Below are positions 17,326 through 25,210 of a stretch of 53,966 nucleotides of DNA, in pieces. The position numbers were made by a program, and so were the translations under genes. The DNA comes from an uncultured Rhodobacterales bacterium (GTDB lineage Bacteria; Pseudomonadota; Alphaproteobacteria; Rhodobacterales; Rhodobacteraceae), in contig CAYTUW010000001.1 in the NCBI GenBank assembly GCA_964441435.1, positions 1 to 53,966 on the forward strand, in the 5' to 3' direction. Position 1 is the first letter of the stretch. Each line of letters begins with the position of its first letter. The notes under the pieces are model-generated. The model was not told the DNA's origin and ran no database searches. It saw only the letters and a list, made by a program, of their open reading frames with translations.

Positions 17326-18297
17326 CTAGTTCAGGAATTCCATACCTTTCAGTGCGTCGATCAAAACCTCCTGAAATGCTGCGGGCGCTTCGATCTGTGG
17401 AATATGACCCACGCCACTCATTCTTGTCAGCCTGGCGTTGGGAATAAGCGTCGTAAGTTCTTGCCCCTGGGCGAGTGGCGTTATCGTATCCATATCGCCC
17501 CAAATGATCGAAACAGGTAATGTTAGAGACTGATATTGCGCCTTATCCATGCTGATTGCGTCACGGGGATAGGCGAGCAGAGCAGGCAGCCAATTTGCGA
17601 TCGCTTGAGTCGTTCCCTCTCGGATCATCGGGCGGTTTAGCAGGGCCGCACGATCATCGGTTGCGGCCGCTTTGACATGGATCATCGCTGCGAGGAGCCT
17701 GCGCATCATCATTGGGTTGGTGACGGTTGCAGCTACGCCTGCCTCGCGCAGCAGGCGTGGGCGAAGCGGCACAGGAAGGGCCTTTGACGGATCAAGATGC
17801 AACCCAATCGCACCATCCACGATGACAAGGCCAGCATAAGCCGTTTGATTGCGCAACACCGCCTCTACCCCCGGTCCCGCGCCAAAAGAGTGGGCGATCA
17901 GGATCGGTTGTTCATTGAAAGTTGCAACCAGCGCATTCAGCCGCTGCGCAGAGGCCACACGCGAATAATCGCCGTCCCCCGCCCGATCTGAATAACCAAA
18001 TGGTGGCATGTCAAAGGCAACAGCGTGAAATCCGGCATTGCCCAGCGCATCCAGCGTTTCGACCCACAGGCCGGACCACGCCGCAGTGCCATGCGCCAGG
18101 AGCAGCAATGGGCCGTCCTCAGGCCCGCGTTCGATGACAAAGATCCGGCCCATTTCGGTTTCGATCAATCTGCCATCCGCAGGCAGCACCGCCGCCAGTG
18201 GCATCACTTCGCGCTGACTTGCCGAGATGCGGGCAATGATCGGCAGCGATACAATAACAATAACTATCAGAAGAATAAGGCGTTTTACCCATTTCAT
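17326..18297 (-). CDS. Alpha/beta-fold hydrolase with N-terminal membrane anchor
   Basis: LLLAHGTAAWSG, the nucleophile elbow HSFGAG and the C-terminal GHIPQIE are typical. Start at ATG 18297 (MKWVKRLILLIVIV). Confidence 0.8.
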   Translation of the reverse strand: MKWVKRLILLIVIVIVSLPIIARISASQREVMPLAAVLPADGRLIETEMGRIFVIERGPEDGPLLLLAHGTAAWSGLWVETLDALGNAGFHAVAFDMPPFGYSDRAGDGDYSRVASAQRLNALVATFNEQPILIAHSFGAGPGVEAVLRNQTAYAGLVIVDGAIGLHLDPSKALPVPLRPRLLREAGVAATVTNPMMMRRLLAAMIHVKAAATDDRAALLNRPMIREGTTQAIANWLPALLAYPRDAISMDKAQYQSLTLPVSIIWGDMDTITPLAQGQELTTLIPNARLTRMSGVGHIPQIEAPAAFQEVLIDALKGMEFLN

Positions 18298-18361
18298 ACA
18301 CATAAGATAGCCGCGCAGGAATCGGTTTGCCAAGGCGCAAAAATCTCGCCAATGTCCGCCC

Positions 18362-19600
18362 ATGCTACTTTTACGCACGAACCGGAATTATCGGCTGCTC
18401 TTTTCCGCGTCATCGGTCAGCAATCTTGGCGACGGGATATCCGCCCTGGCGTTTCCATGGCTTGCTACTCTGTTGTCGCGTGATCCTTTTGCGGTTGCGC
18501 TGGTGGCGATGGCGACTCGCTTGCCGTGGTTTCTGTTTTCTCTGCCTGTTGGGGTCTGGACCGATCGCTTTGACCGCCAGCGTCTGATGGTGCAGGCCGA
18601 TCTGTTCCGGCTGGGGCTGACCTTTGGGGTGATTGCCCTGATTTTTTCCGCCCCTTCTCTACCGGTTGAAGGGGGGCATGACCACCTGATCTGGCTGCTG
18701 GCCGGGGCAGCGTTCCTGTTGGGTGTGGCAGAGGTGTTCCGGGACAATGCCGCGCAAACCATGTTGCCATCCGTCGTAGATAAGGGCGATCTGGAATCCG
18801 CAAACGGCCAGATGTGGAGCGCCGAACAGGTGATGGGCGCCTTTGTCGGCCCGCCACTGGCGGGCGTGTTGATCGCCTATGCGGTGCCGACCCCTTTCAT
18901 GTTTGACGCGCTCTGTTTCGGGGTTTCTGCCTGGCTGTTGTGGTGTATCGCCCTGACCAAATCCGCGCCAGCACCAGCGCGGCGCAGTTTCTGGACGGAA
19001 ATGGGCGAGGGATTGCGTTGGCTCTGGCAGGCGCGGGAAATTCGCCAACTTGCCATTCTGTTGGGCATATTGAACGCCCTATATACTCTAACGCTGACGA
19101 TTCTGGTTCTTTTTGCACAAGATGTGCTTCATCTTGGTGCCTTCTGGTACGGCGTTTTGCTTACCTCTGGTGCCGTTGGCGGCGTGCTGGGTGGGCTAGT
19201 ATGTCCGCGGATCGCGGCGCGGATTGGCAATCGGTTGAGCCTGCTTTTGTCGCTTGTTCTGATTGCGATCCCGGAGCTTGCGATCTGGATGGCGCATGAT
19301 GCGTTTGTGGTGGCTCTGGCGCTCGGCACCTCAATGTTCGGTGCCATTTTGTGGAATGTCGTGACGGTGTCCTACCGTCAGCGGATGATCCCCGATGCAT
19401 TGCTCGGCCGGGTGAATTCGATCTACCGCTTCTTTGGCTGGGGTATGATGCCGCTTGGGGCGCTGGCAGGTGGCCTGGTGGTCAGCCTGGCAGAACCAGG
19501 CATAGGCCGTGAAGCTGCGCTTCGCCTGCCCTTCCTGCTGGCCGGGTTAGGTGTGCTGCTGTTGTTGTTCTATTCCACTGTCCGGCTACGGTTGAGATAA
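18362..19600 (+). CDS. MFS transporter
   Basis: 412 aa with about 12 hydrophobic segments and the loop motif GVWTDRFDRQR after TM2. Confidence 0.85.
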   Translation: MLLLRTNRNYRLLFSASSVSNLGDGISALAFPWLATLLSRDPFAVALVAMATRLPWFLFSLPVGVWTDRFDRQRLMVQADLFRLGLTFGVIALIFSAPSLPVEGGHDHLIWLLAGAAFLLGVAEVFRDNAAQTMLPSVVDKGDLESANGQMWSAEQVMGAFVGPPLAGVLIAYAVPTPFMFDALCFGVSAWLLWCIALTKSAPAPARRSFWTEMGEGLRWLWQAREIRQLAILLGILNALYTLTLTILVLFAQDVLHLGAFWYGVLLTSGAVGGVLGGLVCPRIAARIGNRLSLLLSLVLIAIPELAIWMAHDAFVVALALGTSMFGAILWNVVTVSYRQRMIPDALLGRVNSIYRFFGWGMMPLGALAGGLVVSLAEPGIGREAALRLPFLLAGLGVLLLLFYSTVRLRLR

Positions 19601-19681
19601 GGCGTTTGAAACGCCTTCAACGCGATTTCAAATCGCGTCAAAGGGCATTGAATGCCCTTAAAAGCCGCTTTCAAGCGGCTT
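19599..19681. repeat. Four tandem perfect palindromes (9-bp arms) with starts exactly 21 nt apart
   Basis: Read directly: AAGGCGTTT-g-AAACGCCTT (19599-19617), ACGCGATTT-c-AAATCGCGT (19620-19638), AAGGGCATT-g-AATGCCCTT (19641-19659), AAGCCGCTT-tc-AAGCGGCTT (19662-19681). Confidence 0.9.
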
Positions 19682-19700
19682 CTACAATGGCCACCGCAAC

Positions 19701-19728
19701 AAAAAAGACCCGGGCAAAAGCCCGGGTC
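19701..19728 (-). terminator. Rho-independent terminator of the response regulator gene
   Basis: GACCCGGGC-aaaa-GCCCGGGTC is a perfect 9-bp stem (19707-19728). On the minus strand it is followed by T6 (plus-strand A6, 19701-19706). Confidence 0.75.
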
Positions 19729-19777
19729 AGTCCAACAGGGAGGATGATGCCGTAACCCGGGCATCGGCGGGATTCTC

Positions 19778-20464
19778 TTAGCTTACCAATTTATAACCGC
19801 CGGATTCGGTCACAAGAAGGCGCGCATTTGACGGATCTGGTTCTATTTTTTGCCGAAGCCGGTAAATATGTGTCTCCAGCGTATGCGTTGTGACGCCTGC
19901 ATTGTAGCCCCAGACCTCATGCAGCAGCACATCACGCGCCACCACGCCATCCGTGGATCGGTAGAGGAATTTGAGGATATTCGTCTCTTTTTCCGTCAGG
20001 CGGATTTTCCGGTCCTCTTCATCCACCAGCATCTTCATCGCTGGTTTGAAGGTGTAGTGACCAAGCTGGAATACCGCATCCTCGGATTGTTCGTGCTGGC
20101 GCAGCTGCGCGCGGATTCGCGCCAGAAGCACCGGGAACTTGAACGGTTTGGTTACGTAATCATTGGCACCAGCATCAAGGCCAAGGATCGTATCAGCGTC
20201 TGAATCATGGCCTGTCAGCATCAGGATCGGGCATTTGACGCCCTGTTTGCGCAGCAAGCGGCACAATTCACGCCCATCGGTGTCGGGCAGACCCACATCA
20301 AGGATCACGAGGTCATAGATCGCCTGTTTGGCTTTCTCCATGGCCTCGGCGCCATCGCCTGCCTCAAACACATCAAAGTCCTCTGTGATGACAAGCTGCT
20401 CTGACAAAGCTTCACGCAGGTCATCGTCATCATCCACAAGGAGTATCTTTTTCAGGTTTGACAT
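19778..20464 (-). CDS. OmpR/PhoB-family response regulator (receiver plus winged helix); no histidine kinase adjacent
   Basis: ILLVDDDDDL...DLVILDVGLPDTDG...KPF is a receiver domain. C-terminal LTEKETNILKFL...THIYRLRQKI...GGYKL is a wHTH. ATG 20464 (MSNLKK) preferred. Confidence 0.9.
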   Translation of the reverse strand: MSNLKKILLVDDDDDLREALSEQLVITEDFDVFEAGDGAEAMEKAKQAIYDLVILDVGLPDTDGRELCRLLRKQGVKCPILMLTGHDSDADTILGLDAGANDYVTKPFKFPVLLARIRAQLRQHEQSEDAVFQLGHYTFKPAMKMLVDEEDRKIRLTEKETNILKFLYRSTDGVVARDVLLHEVWGYNAGVTTHTLETHIYRLRQKIEPDPSNARLLVTESGGYKLVS

Positions 20465-20631
20465 CCTGGTCATCCTTTTCACTGTCTGACCTAGACCTGT
20501 ATACGAAGTGGCGCTCTGACAAGATTGCCGCAGTAATTTTCACGCGGACGTGTCCAAATCGCGGAAAATGTTTCAATTTGCTTCATCTCGGCCTACATGA
20601 GGGGTCGCTGACTGTAACATGACAGGCCCCA

Positions 20632-21723
20632 TTGATGAGCCTCCTGCCCACGCTTCCTGAACGACTCGCCCGTGCCCGGGCCGATCTGCGCATGGGTGGC
20701 GGCGTGGTGATCTGTGGCGGCGGTCCGGGTCTGCTGGTCATTGCGGTGGAAACTCTGCGTAAAGATCGGCTTGCCGCACTGCGCGACATGGGCGCGGTCA
20801 CGCTTGTGTTGACAGCCAGGCGTGCCGAAACACTCAAGATTGCCGCTTATGACGGTGACATTGCCCGCCTGCCGGTGACGGGGGACGCATCGCTTGACTG
20901 GATCAGGGCAATGGCGGATCCGGCCGATGACCTGCGTGTTCCAATGAAGGGGCCGCTGCGGGCGGAACGGGGGGGGGAGGCCGATCTGCATCGCGCTGCA
21001 ATTCACCTGGCGAAGGATGCCCAGCTGTTGCCTGCGGTCCTGGCTGTGACGGTTGACGACACAACACAGTTTGCCCGCCAGCACGATCTGACCCGCCTTG
21101 ATCCTGAAGCGCTAGAGCAAATGATCAGGGATGGTGTCACCTTAACCCCGGTGGTTCATGCGCGCCTGCCTCTAACCGTGTCTAATGCTGGGAAACTTCA
21201 TGTTTTTCGCCCCGCTGATGGGTCTGTCGAACATTACGCGGTAGAGATCGGAACACCTGACCGCAACGCGCCTGTTCTGACCCGTTTGCATTCTGCCTGC
21301 TTTACCGGGGATGTGATCGGATCGCTGAAATGTGACTGTGGGCCGCAACTGCGGGCGGCGCTGGCCCAGATGGGGGCCGAAGGATCCGGGGTTTTGCTGT
21401 ACCTCAACCAGGAAGGGCGCGGAATCGGCCTTGCCAATAAGATGCGCGCCTACAGCCTTCAGAACGAAGGGTTTGACACGGTAGAGGCCAATCATCGACT
21501 TGGTTTTGAGGATGATGAGCGTGATTTCCGCATCGGGGCCGAAATTCTGCGAACGCTTGGCTTTGACACCGTTCGGCTGATGACCAACAACCCGGCAAAG
21601 GTAGCACGGATGCAGGACATGGGGCTTGCCGTGTCCGAACGTGTGCCGCTTAAGGTCGGCAAGACCCCGGAAAACGAGGCCTACCTTGCCACGAAGGCGG
21701 CGAAATCCGGTCATCTGTTGTGA
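20632..21723 (+). CDS. ribA: GTP cyclohydrolase II with ~150-aa N-terminal extension
   Basis: LTRLHSACFTGDVIGSLKCDCGPQL...YLNQEGRGIGLANKMRAY.LQ..G.DTVEAN..LGF..D.RD match the RibA core. Confidence 0.9.
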   Translation: MMSLLPTLPERLARARADLRMGGGVVICGGGPGLLVIAVETLRKDRLAALRDMGAVTLVLTARRAETLKIAAYDGDIARLPVTGDASLDWIRAMADPADDLRVPMKGPLRAERGGEADLHRAAIHLAKDAQLLPAVLAVTVDDTTQFARQHDLTRLDPEALEQMIRDGVTLTPVVHARLPLTVSNAGKLHVFRPADGSVEHYAVEIGTPDRNAPVLTRLHSACFTGDVIGSLKCDCGPQLRAALAQMGAEGSGVLLYLNQEGRGIGLANKMRAYSLQNEGFDTVEANHRLGFEDDERDFRIGAEILRTLGFDTVRLMTNNPAKVARMQDMGLAVSERVPLKVGKTPENEAYLATKAAKSGHLL

Positions 21724-22235
21724 CGCCGAATGACCTTGTCCTCACGCCGCGCGGGGTGCGGTTTCAGGGTCTATTGCTGCCTGCTGCCTATGGGCGGGGT
21801 GGCATTTCGCAGATGAAACGCGAAGGCGACGGCGCCACACCCACCGGGGTTCATCACATTGTTGGCGTGCTCTATCGGCCGGATCGAACCGCACGGCCCA
21901 TTACCGTTCTGCCCTGCCGGCCGATTGGCCCGAATGACATCTGGTCCGATGATGTGACCGACCCTGCCTATAACCAGCTGCTGACCCGGCGCGCCCACCC
22001 TTTCCGCCACGAAAGGCTGCGAAGGGCTGATCCGCTTTATGATCTGGTGCTCGTCACAGATTGGAACTGGCCCCGCGCGCGGCCAGGACGCGGGTCCGCC
22101 ATTTTCATCCATCAGTGGCGCCGCAAAGGATGCGCGACCGACGGCTGTATCGCCTTTGATCGCAGCACATTGCGCTGGGTCTCTGAACGGCTGATCCCAG
22201 GATCACGGCTGATTGTGCCAGCCTATTCCGGATAG
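21720..22235 (+). CDS. L,D-transpeptidase (YkuD) catalytic-domain family protein
   Basis: GSAIFIHQWRRKGCATDGCIAF shows the His...Cys catalytic pattern. Start overlaps the ribA stop. Confidence 0.7.
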   Translation: MTPNDLVLTPRGVRFQGLLLPAAYGRGGISQMKREGDGATPTGVHHIVGVLYRPDRTARPITVLPCRPIGPNDIWSDDVTDPAYNQLLTRRAHPFRHERLRRADPLYDLVLVTDWNWPRARPGRGSAIFIHQWRRKGCATDGCIAFDRSTLRWVSERLIPGSRLIVPAYSG

Positions 22236-22618
22236 CGACGCTGGGCGCGGGCTTCCCCCAGGGGGTCGCCATTTTGTGACGCGCGGGCCGTCGCACGCCA
22301 TTCATAGGTATGGGCACCATTGGGCGGACAGGGGCTTTTGTAGCGGAACGCACCCGAAGGCACCGTGCCGTTCCCCGTCATTTCAACAATGCCACCACCA
22401 TGCCGGTAGTGCGGCACATCAAGATCCTTAAGCGTGAACGCAACAAATCGGGTTCCCTCAGGCAGGCCGCTGACCTGAAACTCCGGATTATCCACCCGGT
22501 TGGGACTGCCCGAGGTGCACAGCGGAATGTCCCCCCATTCGAAGCTCAGCTCAAACGCCGCCGCCGCCATGGGCAGGGCGGCAAGGGGAATCGCCAAAAG
22601 TAATTTTCTGAGACGCAT
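22223..22618 (-). CDS. YbhB/YbcL (PEBP) family protein with signal peptide
   Basis: MRLRKLLLAIPLAALPMAAAA is a signal peptide. LKDLDVPHYRHGGG and PPNGAHTYEW resemble bacterial PEBP motifs. ATG 22618 preferred. Confidence 0.75.
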   Translation of the reverse strand: MRLRKLLLAIPLAALPMAAAAFELSFEWGDIPLCTSGSPNRVDNPEFQVSGLPEGTRFVAFTLKDLDVPHYRHGGGIVEMTGNGTVPSGAFRYKSPCPPNGAHTYEWRATARASQNGDPLGEARAQRRYPE

Positions 22619-22643
22619 GTTATTCCTTTCTAAAATATTCCCG

Positions 22644-23300
22644 TCACGTCCGGGTGTTTCTTTCGCCAAATATGGCAGAGCCAACTCTAACATGGGTTGC
22701 GCCCAATGCGACGGCGCGTTCAAAATCCCCGCTCATCCCCATCGACAGGCCGGAAACGCCATTACGTTCGGCAATCTTCGCCAGCAGGGCAAAATGCAAC
22801 GAGGGTTCCTCTGCCACCGGGGGGATGCACATCAGGCCAGCAATCGGCAGGTCGAGCGCGCGGCAATCGGTGATGAAGGCGTCCGCCTCTCCGGGCAGAA
22901 CACCGGATTTCTGCTCTTCCTCCCCGGTGTTGACCTGAATGAACAGGTCGGGGCAATGGCCAAGCTCCTGCGCGAGCCGGGCAAGGGTTTTGGCAAGCTT
23001 GGGCCGATCAAGGGAATGGATCGCCTCAAACAGGCCCATCGCCTGCCGGGCCTTGTTGGTTTGCAGCGGGCCAAGCAGATGGACTGCAACATCAGGGAAC
23101 TGATCCCGGAAGTCAGGCCATTTTCCGGCCGCCTCCTGCACCATGTTTTCCCCAAACAGGCGGTGGCCTTCATCCAGCACAGCCGCCACGCGGTCATCGG
23201 GCTGGCGTTTGGACACAGCAATCAGCCGCACATCGGCCGGATCGCGCCCGGCATCTGTTGCGGCGGTTTCAATACGGGTGGTGATGTCAGAAAGGGACAT
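22644..23300 (-). CDS. yggS: YggS-family pyridoxal-phosphate homeostasis protein
   Basis: LIAVSKRQP (PLP lysine), HLLGPLQTNKA, MGMSGDFE.A...GAT.VR.GSAIFG. Confidence 0.9.
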   Translation of the reverse strand: MSLSDITTRIETAATDAGRDPADVRLIAVSKRQPDDRVAAVLDEGHRLFGENMVQEAAGKWPDFRDQFPDVAVHLLGPLQTNKARQAMGLFEAIHSLDRPKLAKTLARLAQELGHCPDLFIQVNTGEEEQKSGVLPGEADAFITDCRALDLPIAGLMCIPPVAEEPSLHFALLAKIAERNGVSGLSMGMSGDFERAVALGATHVRVGSAIFGERNTRT

Positions 23301-23403
23301 AGGCGGGCCTTTGGTTCATTTGCCCCAGACAAACACCAATGCCGCCCAAAAGAAAAGGGCAGGCGCGATGCCTGCCCTTCCCTATCAGATGATGTCTTCT
23401 AAC

Positions 23404-24315
23404 TTAGAAGGACATCGCCAGGCCGAGCGACCACTGGTCGAAACCGGCGGAGTCGTCGCCATAGCCGAACTGAACAGCCATGCCGCCCAGGTCGTAGTTT
23501 ACAGCAACACCGAAGCCGTCTGCACCACCGTCAAATTCGCCGTAGTTGGCGGAAACGGTCAGCGGGCCGGAGGAGTAACCAACACCGATACCGGTGTGGT
23601 CAGCAGTGGTGTCATAGTCGGAGTAGTTCAGGATCGCGCGGAAACCGCCAGCGAACTGTGCGTCCAGAGAGATACCGGTCACATTGTTCACATCGTTGTC
23701 CTGATAACCAAGGCCGATGCCCAGATCTACGCCGCCAAGTGCTGCGCTATACTTAAGACCGATACCCCAGGTATCGCCAGCAGCAGCTGCGTTGGTGTCG
23801 TCCAGCTCAACGGAGATTGCTACGCCGAAATCACCAAAGGTGTTGTCATAGCGCAGGATCTGACCGTCGGTCGCACCGTCAAGGCCGGAGTTGCCGTTGA
23901 AACCAGCGTGGGTGGTGTGGTCATCCGCGATTGCGGAACCAATGCCAACCTCGGTCAGTGCCCAGTCGAACGCACCGTCGGTGTCGCCCATGGTGACGGT
24001 ACCGAAGTTGCCGGAGACGAACACGGAGTGTTCTTCAACCGCACCGGTGCCACCGCTGGAGATGCCGTCGCCGCCGCCATCATCGTGGCTGTCGTCGCCG
24101 ATTTCATCAAGGTCGATGGTTGCGCCAAAGGTCAGGCCGTTGTCAGTTTCACCGGACAGGGTGAATTTAACGTCCAGGTCGTGGTGGAACTGCATGGCAG
24201 GCATGCCGGAACCGTCAACAATACCAATCTCGGCGGAGCCGGACAGGCTTACTTCTGCAGCAGCGACGCCAGCGGTGGCGACGAGTGCAGTCGTTGCAAA
24301 GAGAACTTTTTTCAT
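23404..24315 (-). CDS. Outer-membrane general porin (Rhodobacter-type)
   Basis: Signal peptide MKKVLFATTALVATAGVAAA, Gly/Asp-rich amphipathic beta pattern, and a C-terminal ...LGLAMSF ending in Phe. Confidence 0.85.
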   Translation of the reverse strand: MKKVLFATTALVATAGVAAAEVSLSGSAEIGIVDGSGMPAMQFHHDLDVKFTLSGETDNGLTFGATIDLDEIGDDSHDDGGGDGISSGGTGAVEEHSVFVSGNFGTVTMGDTDGAFDWALTEVGIGSAIADDHTTHAGFNGNSGLDGATDGQILRYDNTFGDFGVAISVELDDTNAAAAGDTWGIGLKYSAALGGVDLGIGLGYQDNDVNNVTGISLDAQFAGGFRAILNYSDYDTTADHTGIGVGYSSGPLTVSANYGEFDGGADGFGVAVNYDLGGMAVQFGYGDDSAGFDQWSLGLAMSF

Positions 24316-24579
24316 CTCGTTTTCCCTCAGTTAATCAAAGGTGCACCTCAATTCAGGGGAATCCGAATTGAGTATGGTGTTCTCTCGCCTTTTTTGGCTG
24401 GCCATTCAAGCGAGTCGCCCAGGCCAAACCCAAACACGCAACAGATGGTGCAGCTTTGCCACAGTGGGGTGCAGCCCCCTGTCCGGCACTTTGCCGATCG
24501 GGCGGCCCGGCTGGAAAACCCTTGCCCGTGCCACAGGGCTTATGTAGTAGGGAAAAACAAGCAAAAGCGGGGCGGTTCC

Positions 24580-25137
24580 ATGTTTAATTCCAGACCATTT
24601 CAGCGGATCGTTGCCGGTTTGGGGTTGATCGCGCTGACGGCCTGCGGCGCCCTGAACAGCGGCAGCATTGGATCGGGGGGCGGTGGTTCCTCCGGGTCGG
24701 GGTCACTTGGGTCACTTGGCGGTGGTGGTGGCGAATCGCCCGCAGACCGTGACCCGCGTCTGCAACGCCGGGATAACCCGGCAGGCGAACACACCACGAT
24801 CTGGGATCTGTTCGGCAATCAGGAAGACCCCAATGTCACCATCGACGTTAACAAATACATCTGGAATGCATCGCTCCAGGTGCTGAACTTTCTGCCGATT
24901 CAGGCGGCGGACCCGTTTTCGGGCGTTATTGTAACCGGATATGGCACGCCACCCGGCGGCGGACGCAGCTATCGCGCCACGATTTACATCACAGATCCGG
25001 CGCTGGACGCGCGATCGCTGAACATTGCGATGCAGACACGCGGCGGCGCGACAGTGGATGCTGATACGATTCGCGCGATTGAGGATGCGATTTTGACCCG
25101 CGCGCGTCAGCTACGGATCGCGGACGATAACCTGTAG
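24580..25137 (+). CDS. DUF3576-like lipoprotein
   Basis: In-frame ATG 24580 within the spurious 664-aa ORF. Lipobox LTAC, a Gly/Ser linker, then a conserved-looking domain (IWNASLQVLNFLPI...DPFSGVIVTGYG). Confidence 0.7.
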   Translation: MFNSRPFQRIVAGLGLIALTACGALNSGSIGSGGGGSSGSGSLGSLGGGGGESPADRDPRLQRRDNPAGEHTTIWDLFGNQEDPNVTIDVNKYIWNASLQVLNFLPIQAADPFSGVIVTGYGTPPGGGRSYRATIYITDPALDARSLNIAMQTRGGATVDADTIRAIEDAILTRARQLRIADDNL

Positions 25138-25164
25138 ACCCGCGCGAGCAATCAAATTAAGACC

Positions 25165-25191
25165 ACGCCGGGCCCTATTGCCCGGCGTTTT
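25165..25191 (+). terminator. Rho-independent terminator upstream of leuS
   Basis: ACGCCGGGC-cctatt-GCCCGGCGT followed by TTTT. Confidence 0.7.
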
Positions 25192-25210
25192 CACGTGAAG
25201 GACCAGAACG

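Noticed and set aside
16487-17503. Long N-terminal extensions in the ORF track for xthA (76 codons), rnhB (50164..50958, 54 codons), pmbA (27 codons), the PEBP gene (35 codons) and the thioredoxin-TPR gene (24 codons)
   Set aside because: In each case an in-frame ATG (checked in the sequence) gives the canonical family N-terminus or signal peptide. The extensions are Arg/Gly-rich and often overlap neighbouring genes.
19599-19681. CRISPR array or tandem duplication as an explanation for the phased palindromes
   Set aside because: The units are only 19-20 nt with 1-2 nt between them, so there are no spacers. Their cores differ from each other, and no cas genes are present. The element is kept as an unexplained repeat or structure finding instead.
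19778-20482. Possibility that the response regulator is CtrA, given ccrM and a possible GTA-related gene in the window
   Set aside because: The sequence does not match the CtrA N-terminus or recognition helix as I remember them (MRVLLIEDD..., ...DVFICKLRKKL). It is an OmpR/PhoB-family protein of another orthogroup, so no gene symbol is assigned.
20483-20631. FMN (RFN) riboswitch upstream of ribA
   Set aside because: The 149-nt gap is shared with a divergent gene. I could not find the conserved RFN core elements, and the gap is too short for both a promoter and a full aptamer.
22500-23402. 300-aa plus-strand ORF
   Set aside because: It is antisense to yggS and to the PEBP gene, with no recognisable motif. 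It is a shadow ORF. The same reasoning applies to 16075..16728, 34446..35051, 38558..39160, 20593..21084 and 21172..21714.
23143-25137. 664-aa plus-strand ORF, the third-longest in the track
   Set aside because: Its first ~480 codons are antisense to the yggS and porin genes, which have clear family signatures. Their translation is low-complexity and Gly/Val/Ala-rich, typical of GC-rich shadow frames. Only the last 185 codons (24580-25137, a lipoprotein with a lipobox) are kept.
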